This document shows positions 10,125 to 19,621 of a stretch of DNA of 64,000 nucleotides, one piece after another. Position 1 is the stretch's first letter; each line of letters begins with the position of its first letter. The position numbers and the translations under genes were made by a program. Location of the stretch: assembly GCA_038323535.1 (NCBI GenBank), contig JBBQGZ010000001.1, positions 992 to 64,991 on the forward strand, in the 5' to 3' direction. Under the pieces are notes generated by a model, which saw nothing but the letters and a program-made list of their open reading frames with translations, was not told where the DNA came from and ran no database searches. The DNA comes from Caulobacterales bacterium (lineage in GTDB: Bacteria; Pseudomonadota; Alphaproteobacteria; Caulobacterales; Caulobacteraceae).

Positions 10125-10791
10125 AGTGGCTGGCCGGCGCCAGGCCCGGCCAGCGGTCGGTGAGCAGGGGCCGGAAGGCGGGCCGGGACTTGACCTTCAT
10201 GTACCAGGTCTTGACCCCGGGAAAATCGCGCCAGGGAATGTCGCCGAAGTAGTCGAGCACGGAGATATGCGCCGCGCCGGCGAAGTCGGCCAGGCTCAGG
10301 CGCCGCCCCGCCAGCCAGTCTCGCGCCTGGAGCAGCTTTTCCAGATAGATCAGATGAAGCCGCAGGGCGTCGCGCCCCTGACGCATGGCGTAGAGATCCG
10401 GCGCGCCCATTTTCAACAGCCGCTTCTCCAGCTTCTCGTGCAGCAGATAGGCGTTGACCTCATTGTCGAACTTCCGGTCGAACCACTGCATCAAGCGGCG
10501 GGCCTCGGCGCGATCACCCGGCTCGCTTCCCAGCAGGTCGTGCTCCGGGTATTCGCGCTCCAGGTGCTCGAGGATGGCGCGGGCCTCGCAGGCCACCACC
10601 GGCTCGCCCCCCGATCGTTCGACCAGCACCGGAGTGAGGCCCGAAGGGTTGAGCGCGACGAACTCCTTGGGCCGTTCCCAATAGCGCACGACGGCCTCGT
10701 CGAACGCCAGGCGTTTTTCGCCAAGCGAGAGCCGGACCTGACGCGAGGCCGGGTCGAGAGGGAAGTGGTGCAGGGTTCGATCGACGCTCAT
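10105..10791 (-). CDS. fzlA: FtsZ-binding GST-fold protein FzlA
   Basis: 228 aa GST fold; LHHFPLDPASRQVRL and C-terminal HYDDLDF match Caulobacter FzlA as recalled. Confidence 0.88.
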   Translation of the reverse strand: MSVDRTLHHFPLDPASRQVRLSLGEKRLAFDEAVVRYWERPKEFVALNPSGLTPVLVERSGGEPVVACEARAILEHLEREYPEHDLLGSEPGDRAEARRLMQWFDRKFDNEVNAYLLHEKLEKRLLKMGAPDLYAMRQGRDALRLHLIYLEKLLQARDWLAGRRLSLADFAGAAHISVLDYFGDIPWRDFPGVKTWYMKVKSRPAFRPLLTDRWPGLAPASHYDDLDF

Positions 10792-10856
10792 CGGGCGGGT
10801 GGAGCTATAGTCAAATCCGCCCGCCGGACAACGCCTCGCCCGCCGCGGCGTGTCGG

Positions 10857-11807
10857 CTATTCCGCATCGGTCCCGGCTTCGTGAAACTCCGGGAACGCTC
10901 CGCCATGGGGTTCGGCCCGGCCGCGCGGATCGGGGTGGATGATGATGTCGGCGGCGGGAAAGGCGCCCAGGACCCGCTTTTCGGCGGCGACCACGACCTG
11001 GTGCGCCGCCACCAGGGACAGGTCGGGATCGAGATCGGCGTGCATCTGGATGTGGACGATCGGCCCCGAAGCGCGGGTGCGCAGCTGATGCACCGCGGCA
11101 ATGCGCGGATCCTCGGTCATCAGGGCGAGGATCCGCGCGCGGGCTTCCTCGGGAAGTTCATGGTCCAAGAGCTGGTTCGAGGCCTGGCGGAACACCCCGA
11201 CGGCCCCCCACAGCAGCACAGCCGCCACCGCCAGCCCCGCCAGGGCGTCGGCGCCGAGCCATCCGAACGCCGCCACCGCTCCGATGCCGGCCAGGGCGAT
11301 CACATTCGAGGCCAGATCGGCGGCGTAGTGGGCGCGGTCGGCCGACACCGCCACCGACGCGGTCGTCCGCAGCAGCCGGGTCTGGGCGAAGACCAGCCCC
11401 AAGGTGAGGACCGTCGAGACCACCATCACGCCGATGGCCCAGCCTTCGCGGCTCACCGGCTGGGGGCTCAGGATATGACGGACCGCTTCCTGGCCGATCA
11501 GGGCGGCGGAGGCGAACACCAGGCCGGCCTGGATGAGGCTGGCGAAAGCCTCGGCCTTGCCGTGCCCGTAACGGTGTTCGGCGTCGGGGGGCGCGGCGGC
11601 GTAGCGCACGGCGAAGAAGGTCGCCGCCGAGGCGACCAGATCGAGCCCGGAGTCGGCCGTCGAGGCCAGCAGGGCCACCGACCCGCTCGCCATCCAGACC
11701 ACCGCCTTGAGGCTCACCAGCACCAGAGCCGTGGCCACCGACAGCGAGGTGACCCGCCGGGTGCGGGCGGCGCTCTGAGCGGGGCTGGGCGGCGGGGGGG
11801 GGGTCAT
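10857..11807 (-). CDS. fieF: CDF transporter, FieF/YiiP-like
   Basis: ASTADSGLD, HRYGHGKAE, ADRAHYAAD, LRTRASG, IIIHPDP. Confidence 0.85.
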   Translation of the reverse strand: MTPPPPPSPAQSAARTRRVTSLSVATALVLVSLKAVVWMASGSVALLASTADSGLDLVASAATFFAVRYAAAPPDAEHRYGHGKAEAFASLIQAGLVFASAALIGQEAVRHILSPQPVSREGWAIGVMVVSTVLTLGLVFAQTRLLRTTASVAVSADRAHYAADLASNVIALAGIGAVAAFGWLGADALAGLAVAAVLLWGAVGVFRQASNQLLDHELPEEARARILALMTEDPRIAAVHQLRTRASGPIVHIQMHADLDPDLSLVAAHQVVVAAEKRVLGAFPAADIIIHPDPRGRAEPHGGAFPEFHEAGTDAE

Positions 11808-11868
11808 CGGCCCCAACCTAGAACCCTTCGACGCCGGCCTGTAGCGCGAACGACTCTTAAGGGGGCGG

Positions 11869-12960
11869 TCAGGCCGCCGCCCTGGGAACCGGGCCCACAT
11901 AGCGCGAAGCGGGCCGGATCAGCCGCCCGCCGGCGACCTGCTCGCGCGCGTGGGCGATCCAGCCGGCGACGCGGGCCATGGCGAAGACGCAGGTGAAGGC
12001 CTCCGGCGGGAAAGCGAGAGCCTCCAGGAGAAGGGCGGTGTAGAGCTCGACGTTGGTCTGCAGCGAGCGGTCCGGCTTGCGTTCGCGCAGGATCGCGAGG
12101 GCCGCGGCCTCGACGGCCTCGGCGAAAGCGAGCCGGCCGGGCAGGCGGTTGGACTGTTTTCCCAGGAGCGCGACGACGCGCTTGAGGGCGTCGGCCCGGG
12201 GGTCGCGCACCCGGTAGACCCGGTGGCCAAAGCCCATCAGCCGGTCGCCACGATCCAGCGCCGCCTCCAGCCAGTTCCGCGCGTCTTGCGGGCGGCCGAT
12301 CGCGTCGAGCATGTCGATCACCGGCCCGGGCGCGCCGCCGTGCAGCGGGCCCTTCAGGGCGCAAAGCCCGGCCAGCACCGCCGAGGTCAGGCCGGCGTGG
12401 GTCGAAGCGACCACCCGCGCGGCGAAGGTGGAGGCGTTGAGCCCATGGTCGCAGACAGTGACGAGATAGGCGTCCAGCGCCGCGACCTCCGCCTCCGGGG
12501 CCGCCCGCCCGCGCGTCATGCGCAGGATGTCGGCGGCGTGGCCGAGCGCGGCGTCCGGCGCCATCGGCGCCTCGCCGGCCCGGGCGCGGACGGCCGCGGC
12601 GGTGAAGACGGCCGGAGCGGCGGCCAGGCGCAGGGCCGTGCCAAGGTCGTCCCGGTCGGCCAGGCGCGCAGTGAGGGCCCGGACCGCTTCCATGGCCGGT
12701 ATGGCGAGAAGGCCACGGTCGAGGGCGCCGACTTCGGCGAACACCTCGAGACGCGCTTGACCGAGGGGAGCCCGCAAGTCGGCCGGAAGATCGTCGAAGA
12801 AGCCGCTCCACAGAAGGGCGAGCACCTCTTCGAAGGCCCATTTCCCCACCAGTTCGTCCAGGGTCCGGCCCCGGATCACGAGCCGCCCGCCTTCGCCGTC
12901 CACATCCGACAGCACCGTATCGGCCGCCACGATCCCGTCGAGCCCATTCGCAACACCCAT
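11869..12960 (-). CDS. Citrate/methylcitrate synthase family protein (NVE variant, B. subtilis CitA-like)
   Basis: GLDGIVA, DHGLNASTF, KGPLHGGA, MGFGHRVY, TNVELY (catalytic Asp position is Glu). Start may be 12966. Confidence 0.88.
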   Translation of the reverse strand: MGVANGLDGIVAADTVLSDVDGEGGRLVIRGRTLDELVGKWAFEEVLALLWSGFFDDLPADLRAPLGQARLEVFAEVGALDRGLLAIPAMEAVRALTARLADRDDLGTALRLAAAPAVFTAAAVRARAGEAPMAPDAALGHAADILRMTRGRAAPEAEVAALDAYLVTVCDHGLNASTFAARVVASTHAGLTSAVLAGLCALKGPLHGGAPGPVIDMLDAIGRPQDARNWLEAALDRGDRLMGFGHRVYRVRDPRADALKRVVALLGKQSNRLPGRLAFAEAVEAAALAILRERKPDRSLQTNVELYTALLLEALAFPPEAFTCVFAMARVAGWIAHAREQVAGGRLIRPASRYVGPVPRAAA

Positions 12961-13011
12961 CGCCATTCTCCCTGCCGTCGTCGGCCCGAGATGTGAAAAA
13001 CCGGCTGGACA

Positions 13012-13035
13012 ATCAAGATTGATCAATTTAATCAA
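13012..13035. promoter_or_regulatory. Putative operator between the divergent citrate synthase-like genes
   Basis: AT-rich ATCAAGATTGATCAATTTAATCAA: ATCAA at 13012, 13022 and 13031, plus palindrome TTGATCAA. Confidence 0.5.
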
Positions 13036-13043
13036 TGTAAATA

Positions 13044-14192
13044 ATGACCGACTGGCTGAGCGCGCGGGAAGCCATGTCCCGCCTGGGCGTGCGTCCCCAG
13101 ACCCTCTACGCCTATGTCAGTCGCGGGCGGCTTCAGGCCGAGATGGATCCCGGCGATCCGCGCAAGAGGCGTTACCGGGCGGGGGACATCGCCGCCTTGG
13201 CGGTGCGCAAGACGCGCGGGCGCAAGGCCGCCGACGTGGCCGCCGACGCCATAGCCTGGGGCGAACCGATACTGCCCTCGGCCATCACCACGGTGGTGAA
13301 TGGGCGCCTTTACTATCGCGGACGCGATGCGGTCCGATTGGCCGACACCGAAACCTTCGAGGGTGTGGCCCGCCTCCTGCGCGGCGGCGGGGGCGCCCCA
13401 GCGATGCGCACCCGGCGGCCGACCGCGCCGAGCGGGCCAGACATGCGCGCGCGGGCCTTCGCCGCCCTGGCCGCCCGCGCCGCGAGCGAGCCGGCGGCGC
13501 ACGGCCAAACGGCCGAGGCGCTCGAGCGGGAGGCCGCGACCCTGCTCGACCTTCTGACCGACGCGGTGACCGGCGTGACCGACGGGGGCGTCATCCATGA
13601 ACGTCTGGGCCGGGCCTGGGGCTGCGGGCCGCTCGGTTGCGATCTCATTCGCCGCGCCTTGGTTTTGCTGGCCGATCATGAGCTGAACGCCTCCACCTTC
13701 GCCGCCCGCGTGGCCGCTTCCACCGGCGCGTCGCTGGCGGCGGCCGCGCTGGCCGGCCTCTCGGCGCTATCGGGCCCGCTCCATGGCGGCATGCCCGCGC
13801 GGGTCAAGGTCTTGGCTCTCGAAGCGGAGCGCCTGGGCGCCAGCGAAGCGGTCGCCGCGCGGTTGGCGCATTGGTCGTCGGCCCCGGGTTTCGGCCATCC
13901 GCTCTACCCCCAGGGCGATCCCCGCGCGCGGGCGCTGCTCGGCGGATTCGCGGCCCCGGCGTCGCTGGGAGTTCTGGAACTTATCGCCCGGGAAGCCACC
14001 GGCGAGCGCGCCAATGTGGATTTCGCCCTGGTGGCCCTGGCCGACGCCCTCGCCCTGCCGGAGGACGCGCCCTTCGCCCTCTTCGCGGTCGCCCGCTGCG
14101 CGGGTTGGACCGCCCACGCCCTCGAACAGGTCGCCACCGGGACCTTGATCCGGCCCCGGGCGCGCTATGTCGGTCTGACGCCGGAAGCCTAG
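13044..14192 (+). CDS. Citrate synthase-like protein with N-terminal excisionase/MerR-like HTH
   Basis: WLSAREAMSRLGVRPQTLYAYVSRGRL HTH, then DHELNASTF, GPLHGG, GFGHPLY, NVDF. Confidence 0.88.
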   Translation: MTDWLSAREAMSRLGVRPQTLYAYVSRGRLQAEMDPGDPRKRRYRAGDIAALAVRKTRGRKAADVAADAIAWGEPILPSAITTVVNGRLYYRGRDAVRLADTETFEGVARLLRGGGGAPAMRTRRPTAPSGPDMRARAFAALAARAASEPAAHGQTAEALEREAATLLDLLTDAVTGVTDGGVIHERLGRAWGCGPLGCDLIRRALVLLADHELNASTFAARVAASTGASLAAAALAGLSALSGPLHGGMPARVKVLALEAERLGASEAVAARLAHWSSAPGFGHPLYPQGDPRARALLGGFAAPASLGVLELIAREATGERANVDFALVALADALALPEDAPFALFAVARCAGWTAHALEQVATGTLIRPRARYVGLTPEA

Positions 14193-14806
14193 GGCGCGCG
14201 TTCCTTCTGCAGGGCGGCCCAGCGCCGGTCCGCCACGCCCTGGAGATCGCCCGCGACTCCGCGCCGGACAAGGGAGATTCCCTGCAAGGCAATCTGCCGG
14301 CCCATGAGGAACCGCGAGCGGTAGGCGTAGCCGATCTGGTAGAGGGAGCGATCCGCACGCGTTTCGCCATCCTCCACATAGGTGGTGATGACGCCCACCG
14401 GCAGCGTCGCCTCGCCGTCACCCTTGGCGTGAGCCGCATCGAGGGCGCGGTCCAGCCCAGTAGTGATCCAGCCCACGTCGATCTGGGGGCGGGCGGCGGT
14501 CACCTCCATGGCGTGATCGAGTATGGCGTTGGGAAAGACATAGCGCTGCGATTGGATGACCTGGGTCGGCGTGACCGCCTCGAGCACGATCTTGCGCCCG
14601 CCCGCGTCGGCGGCGCCCTTGATCACGAAGGCTTGCCGGGCCCTGGCCTGGGCGTCGATCTGTTTTTCGCTCAGGGCATGTTCGCGGTGGGCGTCCCAAT
14701 AGCTCAAGGCCGCGATGATCACGGCCAGGACCGCGGCCGCCTCGCCGACGTTCAGCCAGAAGCGTCCGCGCTTTCGCGCCGGCGGCGGGGAAGGCGGCGA
14801 AGTCAT
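14189..14806 (-). CDS. Hypothetical single-pass membrane protein
   Basis: 205 aa with N-terminal TM segment (AAAVLAVIIAALSYW); 4 bp downstream of the NDUFA9-like gene. Confidence 0.7.
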   Translation of the reverse strand: MTSPPSPPPARKRGRFWLNVGEAAAVLAVIIAALSYWDAHREHALSEKQIDAQARARQAFVIKGAADAGGRKIVLEAVTPTQVIQSQRYVFPNAILDHAMEVTAARPQIDVGWITTGLDRALDAAHAKGDGEATLPVGVITTYVEDGETRADRSLYQIGYAYRSRFLMGRQIALQGISLVRRGVAGDLQGVADRRWAALQKERAP

Positions 14807-14810
14807 CGCG

Positions 14811-15794
14811 CTACCGCGGCGGAAGGGCGGCAGCCGCCTGGGCGGCTTCGGCGTACTGCCCGCCCTTGCGATAGCGATAGAGATAGGTCGGGATGATCGG
14901 CTCCAGGGCGCTGGCGGCGACGCCCAGGTCGGCGAGGCCCGGGGCGCCGGAGGCGACGATATTGTCTTGCCGCAGCATCTCGACCTGGTCGCTGGTGATC
15001 GGCGGCGCCAGAAGGCCGGTGGCGGCCATGGCGTCGCCCGCCAGCCCCAGGATCCGCGCGACGGCGAAAGGTACCGGCGCGAGAAGGCGCGACCGGCCGA
15101 TTTCCTCGAGCAGCAGGGCCATCAGCGCCTTGAAACTATAGACGGTCGGGCCGCCCAGCTCGTAGGTCCGCCCGGCGGAGGTGGCATCGGAGAGGGCGGC
15201 GCCGATCGCCGCCGCCACATCGCCCACGAACACCGGCTGGAATCGCGTCCGGCCGCCGCCGATCAAGGGCAGGGCCGGCGAGGTCATGGCCATGGCGGCG
15301 AAACGGTTGAAGAAGGCGTCGCCGGGCCCGAACACCACCGAGGGCCGAACCAGGGTCGCCGAAGCGATCACGGAGCGCACCGCCGCTTCTCCGGCGGCCT
15401 TGGTGCGGGCGTATTTCGCACCGCTCGCCGCATCGGCGCCGATGGCGGAAATCTGCACGAATCGCTCGACGCCGCGCGCCCTGGCCGCCTCGGCGATGCG
15501 GCGGGCGCCGGCGACGTGCAGATCCTCGAAGGTCTGGCGGCCGGATTGATAGAGGACAGCCACGGCGTTGACGCAGGCCTCGGCCCCGTCCAAGGCCCGG
15601 CCCACCGAGGCGGCGTCGCGCACATTGGCCTGGACGATTTCTATCTGCCCCACGTCGCCCAGCATCGGCAGGCGGTAGCCCCGCCCGGGCCGGCGCACGG
15701 CGACCCGCACCCGGTGATCCCGCCTGGCGAGCGCGCGGACGATCTGGGCGCCCACGAAGCCGGAGCCGCCGAACACCGTCACCAGGCCCTTCAT
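14811..15794 (-). CDS. Complex I NDUFA9-family NAD-dependent epimerase/SDR
   Basis: VTVFGGSGFVG, GDVGQI, YARTKAAGE, RPSVVFG, FQPVFVGDVA. Confidence 0.9.
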   Translation of the reverse strand: MKGLVTVFGGSGFVGAQIVRALARRDHRVRVAVRRPGRGYRLPMLGDVGQIEIVQANVRDAASVGRALDGAEACVNAVAVLYQSGRQTFEDLHVAGARRIAEAARARGVERFVQISAIGADAASGAKYARTKAAGEAAVRSVIASATLVRPSVVFGPGDAFFNRFAAMAMTSPALPLIGGGRTRFQPVFVGDVAAAIGAALSDATSAGRTYELGGPTVYSFKALMALLLEEIGRSRLLAPVPFAVARILGLAGDAMAATGLLAPPITSDQVEMLRQDNIVASGAPGLADLGVAASALEPIIPTYLYRYRKGGQYAEAAQAAAALPPR

Positions 15795-15932
15795 CCGCGT
15801 CCCTCGCCTCGCCCGCGCGGGCGCCTCGACCCGATAGACGAGCCGCCGACGAGGCGCAACGCCGCTCCATTGACGACGCTGGGCCGGCGCCCTAAGCGTC
15901 CCGGCCTCGCGCGCTGGGCATAGCCTAGGCGG

Positions 15933-16019
<87 letters not shown>

Positions 16020-16234
16020 GGCTATTCCCGAGCGCCGGTCCTTTTTTCCCGCTCGCTTGCTCCGGACCGGTCGAGCTCCTAAATCCCTTGACGTCGCGGC
16101 CCGGGCTTTCGAATGCGAGGTCAGAGGTTGCGCCGGCACATTCGCGCGTTCCGGCGCCAGGGGCGGCCCGGCGACGATCGTCGCCGGGCGGGAATCTAGG
16201 CGCGCCTCGACTATCATCGGAGGGTTCAGTCCCC

Positions 16235-16852
16235 TTGCCTCACACTCTCCACCGTGGCGACCTGCCGCACGGGCTATTCGCCGGCGCGGCGTCGGTAGCT
16301 GTCGATTCGGAGACCATGGGCCTGAGGGTGGGCCGCGATCCCCTGTGCCTGATCCAGCTTCGCGCCGCCGAGGGCGACGCCCACCTGGTCCAACTGAACC
16401 GCCCGGCCTATGACGCGCCGAACCTCAAGGCGCTGTTGACCGATCCCGACATTCTCAAGATCTTTCATTTCGGGCGTTTCGATATCGCCATGTTCCAGTA
16501 CGCCCTGGGCGTGGTGACCGCCCCGGTCTATTGCACCAAGATCGCGTCGCGCCTGGCGCGGACCTATACCGACTGGCATGGCCTCAAGGACGTCACCCGC
16601 GAACTCCTGGGCGTGGAGATGTCCAAGGCCCAGCAGAGTTCCGACTGGGGCGCCGCCCAACTTTCGCCCGAACAGCTGGACTATGCCGCCAGCGATGTCC
16701 TCAACCTGCATGCCCTGAAAGCCCGGCTCGACGAAATGCTCGTCCGCGAAGGTCGCATGGCCCTGGCCCAGGCCTGTTTCGACTTCCTGCCCCACCGGGC
16801 CGGACTCGACGTCGCCGGATGGGAGGAGGTCGACATCTTCGCCCATGGCTAG
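16235..16852 (+). CDS. rnd: Ribonuclease D-like 3'-5' exonuclease
   Basis: VAVDSETMG, KIFHFGRFD, CTKIASRL, QQSSDWG, YAASDV; probable TTG start at 16235. Confidence 0.88.
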   Translation: MPHTLHRGDLPHGLFAGAASVAVDSETMGLRVGRDPLCLIQLRAAEGDAHLVQLNRPAYDAPNLKALLTDPDILKIFHFGRFDIAMFQYALGVVTAPVYCTKIASRLARTYTDWHGLKDVTRELLGVEMSKAQQSSDWGAAQLSPEQLDYAASDVLNLHALKARLDEMLVREGRMALAQACFDFLPHRAGLDVAGWEEVDIFAHG

Positions 16853-17462
16853 CCTGGCCCCCGCCTTGAGCGTCGGCCCGCCTCCCAGGGGCAGGGCGCG
16901 CGCGCACAGCCGCTTGGTGCGGGTTCTCAGGTGGGTTCTGCCGATGATCATGATCGGCGTGATCGGCGTCCTGGCCGGGCTGGTCGGGGCCCATGCGATC
17001 AAGCGCCAAGCCGCGGCGCGCAAGGACGCCGCCACCCCCATTCGGATGGTCAACCCGCACTTCTTCGGGCGCGACAACCAGGGCCGCGCCTACACCCTGG
17101 GCGCCCGTCAGGCGGCCCGCGACGAGCAGTCGTTTCAGAGGGTCCTGCTGGCCTATCCCTCGGTGACCTTGGACGTGGACGGCGCGCGTCCCTCGACGCT
17201 CACCGCCGATTCCGGCGTCTACCACGAGGACACCCGTGTCCTGTTCCTCAAAGGCCACGTCCGCGCCGCCGATTCCAAATCGACCAATTTCGCCACCGAC
17301 GAGGCGACCGTGAACACCCGCACCGGGGTGGTCAACGGCGCCGGCGCCCGGATCAGCCGCACCCCCGTCGGCCAGCTCAATTCGAAGAGTTTCGATGTCT
17401 ACGACAAGGGCGACCGGGTGATTTTCAAGGGCGGCGTTCACGCGCGGCTCAATCGACACTAG
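16845..17462 (+). CDS. lptC: LPS export periplasmic protein LptC
   Basis: HSRLVRVLRWVLP + TM helix, MVNPHFFG; synteny with lptAB. Confidence 0.82.
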   Translation: MASLAPALSVGPPPRGRARAHSRLVRVLRWVLPMIMIGVIGVLAGLVGAHAIKRQAAARKDAATPIRMVNPHFFGRDNQGRAYTLGARQAARDEQSFQRVLLAYPSVTLDVDGARPSTLTADSGVYHEDTRVLFLKGHVRAADSKSTNFATDEATVNTRTGVVNGAGARISRTPVGQLNSKSFDVYDKGDRVIFKGGVHARLNRH

Positions 17463-17534
17463 AAGAGCGTGTCCAGCGTGGCGTCGAGCGATCGGGGCGG
17501 CCTTGGGCGGTCTTTTGGAAAGGTTGAGCGCAGG

Positions 17535-18098
17535 ATGCGACGGACGACCAGGAGCGCGCTCGCGATCGTGGCGACGGGGCTGACGGGTCTTTGCGCCGCG
17601 GGCGCGGCCTGGGCGCAGGTCGACATCCGGTCCGACGCCCCGATCGACATCACCGCCAATGAGGCCGAGGTGATCAACTCCAAGTGCCTGGCCATATGGC
17701 GCGGCGCCGCCGAGGCGCTCCAAGGGCAGACCCGACTGCGGGCCGACACGATCAGCGTCTATGCGATCCCCAAGGGCGTGGGGCCCGGCGGTCAACCGGC
17801 GTGCGGCGGGACCGACCGCATCGTGGCCGACGGGCGGGTCTTCTATGTGAACCCCCAGCAGAACGCGCGGGGCGATCATGCCGTCTATTCGGCCTCCGCC
17901 GACCAGATCGTGATCACCGGTGACGTGGTCGTGGTCCAGGGGCGCGACGTCGCGCGCGGTGACACCCTGACGATCAAGGTCTCCACCCGGGAAGCCAAGA
18001 TGGAATCCCGGGCCGTCGGGGCCGGCAAGCCGGGTCGCGTGCGCGGCGTGTTCTATCCCGACCAGAAGGGCTCGGACACGCCCGCGGCCAAGCCTTGA
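17535..18098 (+). CDS. lptA: LPS transport protein LptA/OstA
   Basis: Signal peptide, APIDITA, TGDVVVVQG, GRVRGVF. Confidence 0.85.
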   Translation: MRRTTRSALAIVATGLTGLCAAGAAWAQVDIRSDAPIDITANEAEVINSKCLAIWRGAAEALQGQTRLRADTISVYAIPKGVGPGGQPACGGTDRIVADGRVFYVNPQQNARGDHAVYSASADQIVITGDVVVVQGRDVARGDTLTIKVSTREAKMESRAVGAGKPGRVRGVFYPDQKGSDTPAAKP

Positions 18099-18892
18099 GG
18101 CGCGCCTTGGACGATGTCTCCCCCCCGGCGCCCGCCGTCGAAATGCCCGAGCCGCTCGCCACCGCGCCGCGAGCGGGCGGCCTGATCGTCGACCGGATCG
18201 GCAAATCCTTCCGAGGGCGGGCGGTGGTCAAGGGTGTCAGCCTTCACCTGGACCGCGGCGAAGTCGCCGGGCTCTTGGGACCCAACGGAGCCGGCAAGAC
18301 GACCTGTTTCTACATGATCACCGGCCTGATCGCCGCCGACTACGGCGCGATCCATCTCGACGGCGAGGACATCACCAATCAGCCGATGTACCAGCGCGCG
18401 CGCCTGGGCCTGGGCTATCTGCCGCAGGAGACCTCGATTTTTCGCGGGATGACCGTGGAGCAGAACGTCATGGCCGTGGTCGAAATGCGCGAGCCGCGCC
18501 GCGAAAAGGTGCGCGCCATCACCGAGGAACTGCTCGAGGAGCTCCACATCCATCACCTGCGCGCGTCCCCGGCGGTTTCGCTCTCGGGTGGAGAGCGGCG
18601 GCGCGCCGAAATCGCCAGGGCCCTGGCCAGCGAGCCGGCCTTCATGCTGCTCGACGAGCCGTTCGCCGGTATCGACCCCCTGGCGATCGCCGACATCCGC
18701 GACGTGATCGGCTATTTGAGGAAACGTGGCATCGGCATCCTGATCACCGACCACAATGTCCGCGAGACGCTCGACATCATCGATCGCGCCTCGATCATCC
18801 ATGCGGGCGAGGTGCTCTTCGAGGGCTCCCCCAGCGAGATCCTCGCCAACCCCGAGGTGCGCCGGGTCTATCTGGGTGATCGTTTCGGGTGA
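18095..18892 (+). CDS. lptB: LPS export ABC ATPase LptB
   Basis: GPNGAGKTT, LSGGERRR, LLDEPFAGIDP, ITDHNVRETL, VRRVYLG. Confidence 0.95.
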   Translation: MRRALDDVSPPAPAVEMPEPLATAPRAGGLIVDRIGKSFRGRAVVKGVSLHLDRGEVAGLLGPNGAGKTTCFYMITGLIAADYGAIHLDGEDITNQPMYQRARLGLGYLPQETSIFRGMTVEQNVMAVVEMREPRREKVRAITEELLEELHIHHLRASPAVSLSGGERRRAEIARALASEPAFMLLDEPFAGIDPLAIADIRDVIGYLRKRGIGILITDHNVRETLDIIDRASIIHAGEVLFEGSPSEILANPEVRRVYLGDRFG

Positions 18893-18972
18893 AGCGGCGC
18901 CGGTCGCGCGAGTGTGATGGGCCGTCGCCCTCCACGCTTGACACCATCGGGGCCCCGGCGCGTTGATATGCC

Positions 18973-19596
18973 ATGCACGTGAAGGTTTCCGGCAAGCACG
19001 TCGATGTCGGCGAGGTTCTGCGAGCGCGCATCGGCGACGAGCTCCTCGGCGCCATCGGGAAATACTTCGAGCGCGGCGGCGACGCCGAGGTCGTGGTCAG
19101 CCGTGACGGCCATGGTTTTCGCGTCGACTGCGCGGTCACCCTGGCTTCGGGTCAGCAGCTTCAGAGTCACGGCCTAGCCGCCGACGCGCACGCCGCCTTC
19201 GGCCAGGGCCTGGCCAAGATCGAAACCCGGATCAGGCGCTACAAGCGCCGCCTGAAAAGCCACACGGTCGCCGCCACCGCCAAGGCGGCGGAAACCGCGT
19301 CGCTCTATGTCCTGCGCGCTCCGGCCGGCGAATCCGACGAGGACGACTGGGACGGCGTCGACGGCCACACGCCGCCGGCCGCCATGATCATCGCCGAGAC
19401 CGAAGCGGCCCTCAAGACGATGACCGTCTCCATGGCGGTCGTGGAGCTCGATTTGATCGAGTCTCAAACAATCGTGTTCAGGAACGCCGCTCACGGCGGA
19501 TTGTCCGTGGTATATCGCCGGCCGGATGGGAACATTGGCTGGATCGATCCTGAGCGTACGAAGGCCTCCCAAGGCGAAGTCCCGCGACGGCGGTGA
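18973..19596 (+). CDS. hpf: Ribosome hibernation promoting factor (long HPF)
   Basis: VSGKHVDVG, RIRRYKRRLK, VVYRRPDGNIGWIDP. Confidence 0.92.
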   Translation: MHVKVSGKHVDVGEVLRARIGDELLGAIGKYFERGGDAEVVVSRDGHGFRVDCAVTLASGQQLQSHGLAADAHAAFGQGLAKIETRIRRYKRRLKSHTVAATAKAAETASLYVLRAPAGESDEDDWDGVDGHTPPAAMIIAETEAALKTMTVSMAVVELDLIESQTIVFRNAAHGGLSVVYRRPDGNIGWIDPERTKASQGEVPRRR

Positions 19597-19621
19597 CGGC
19601 CTGATCGGCGCTTCGCCGCCG

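Noticed and set aside
11787-11803. Poly-G tract at the fieF 5' end as a phase-variation switch
   Set aside because: It encodes a Pro run in an intact frame of a housekeeping transporter; nothing else supports slippage.
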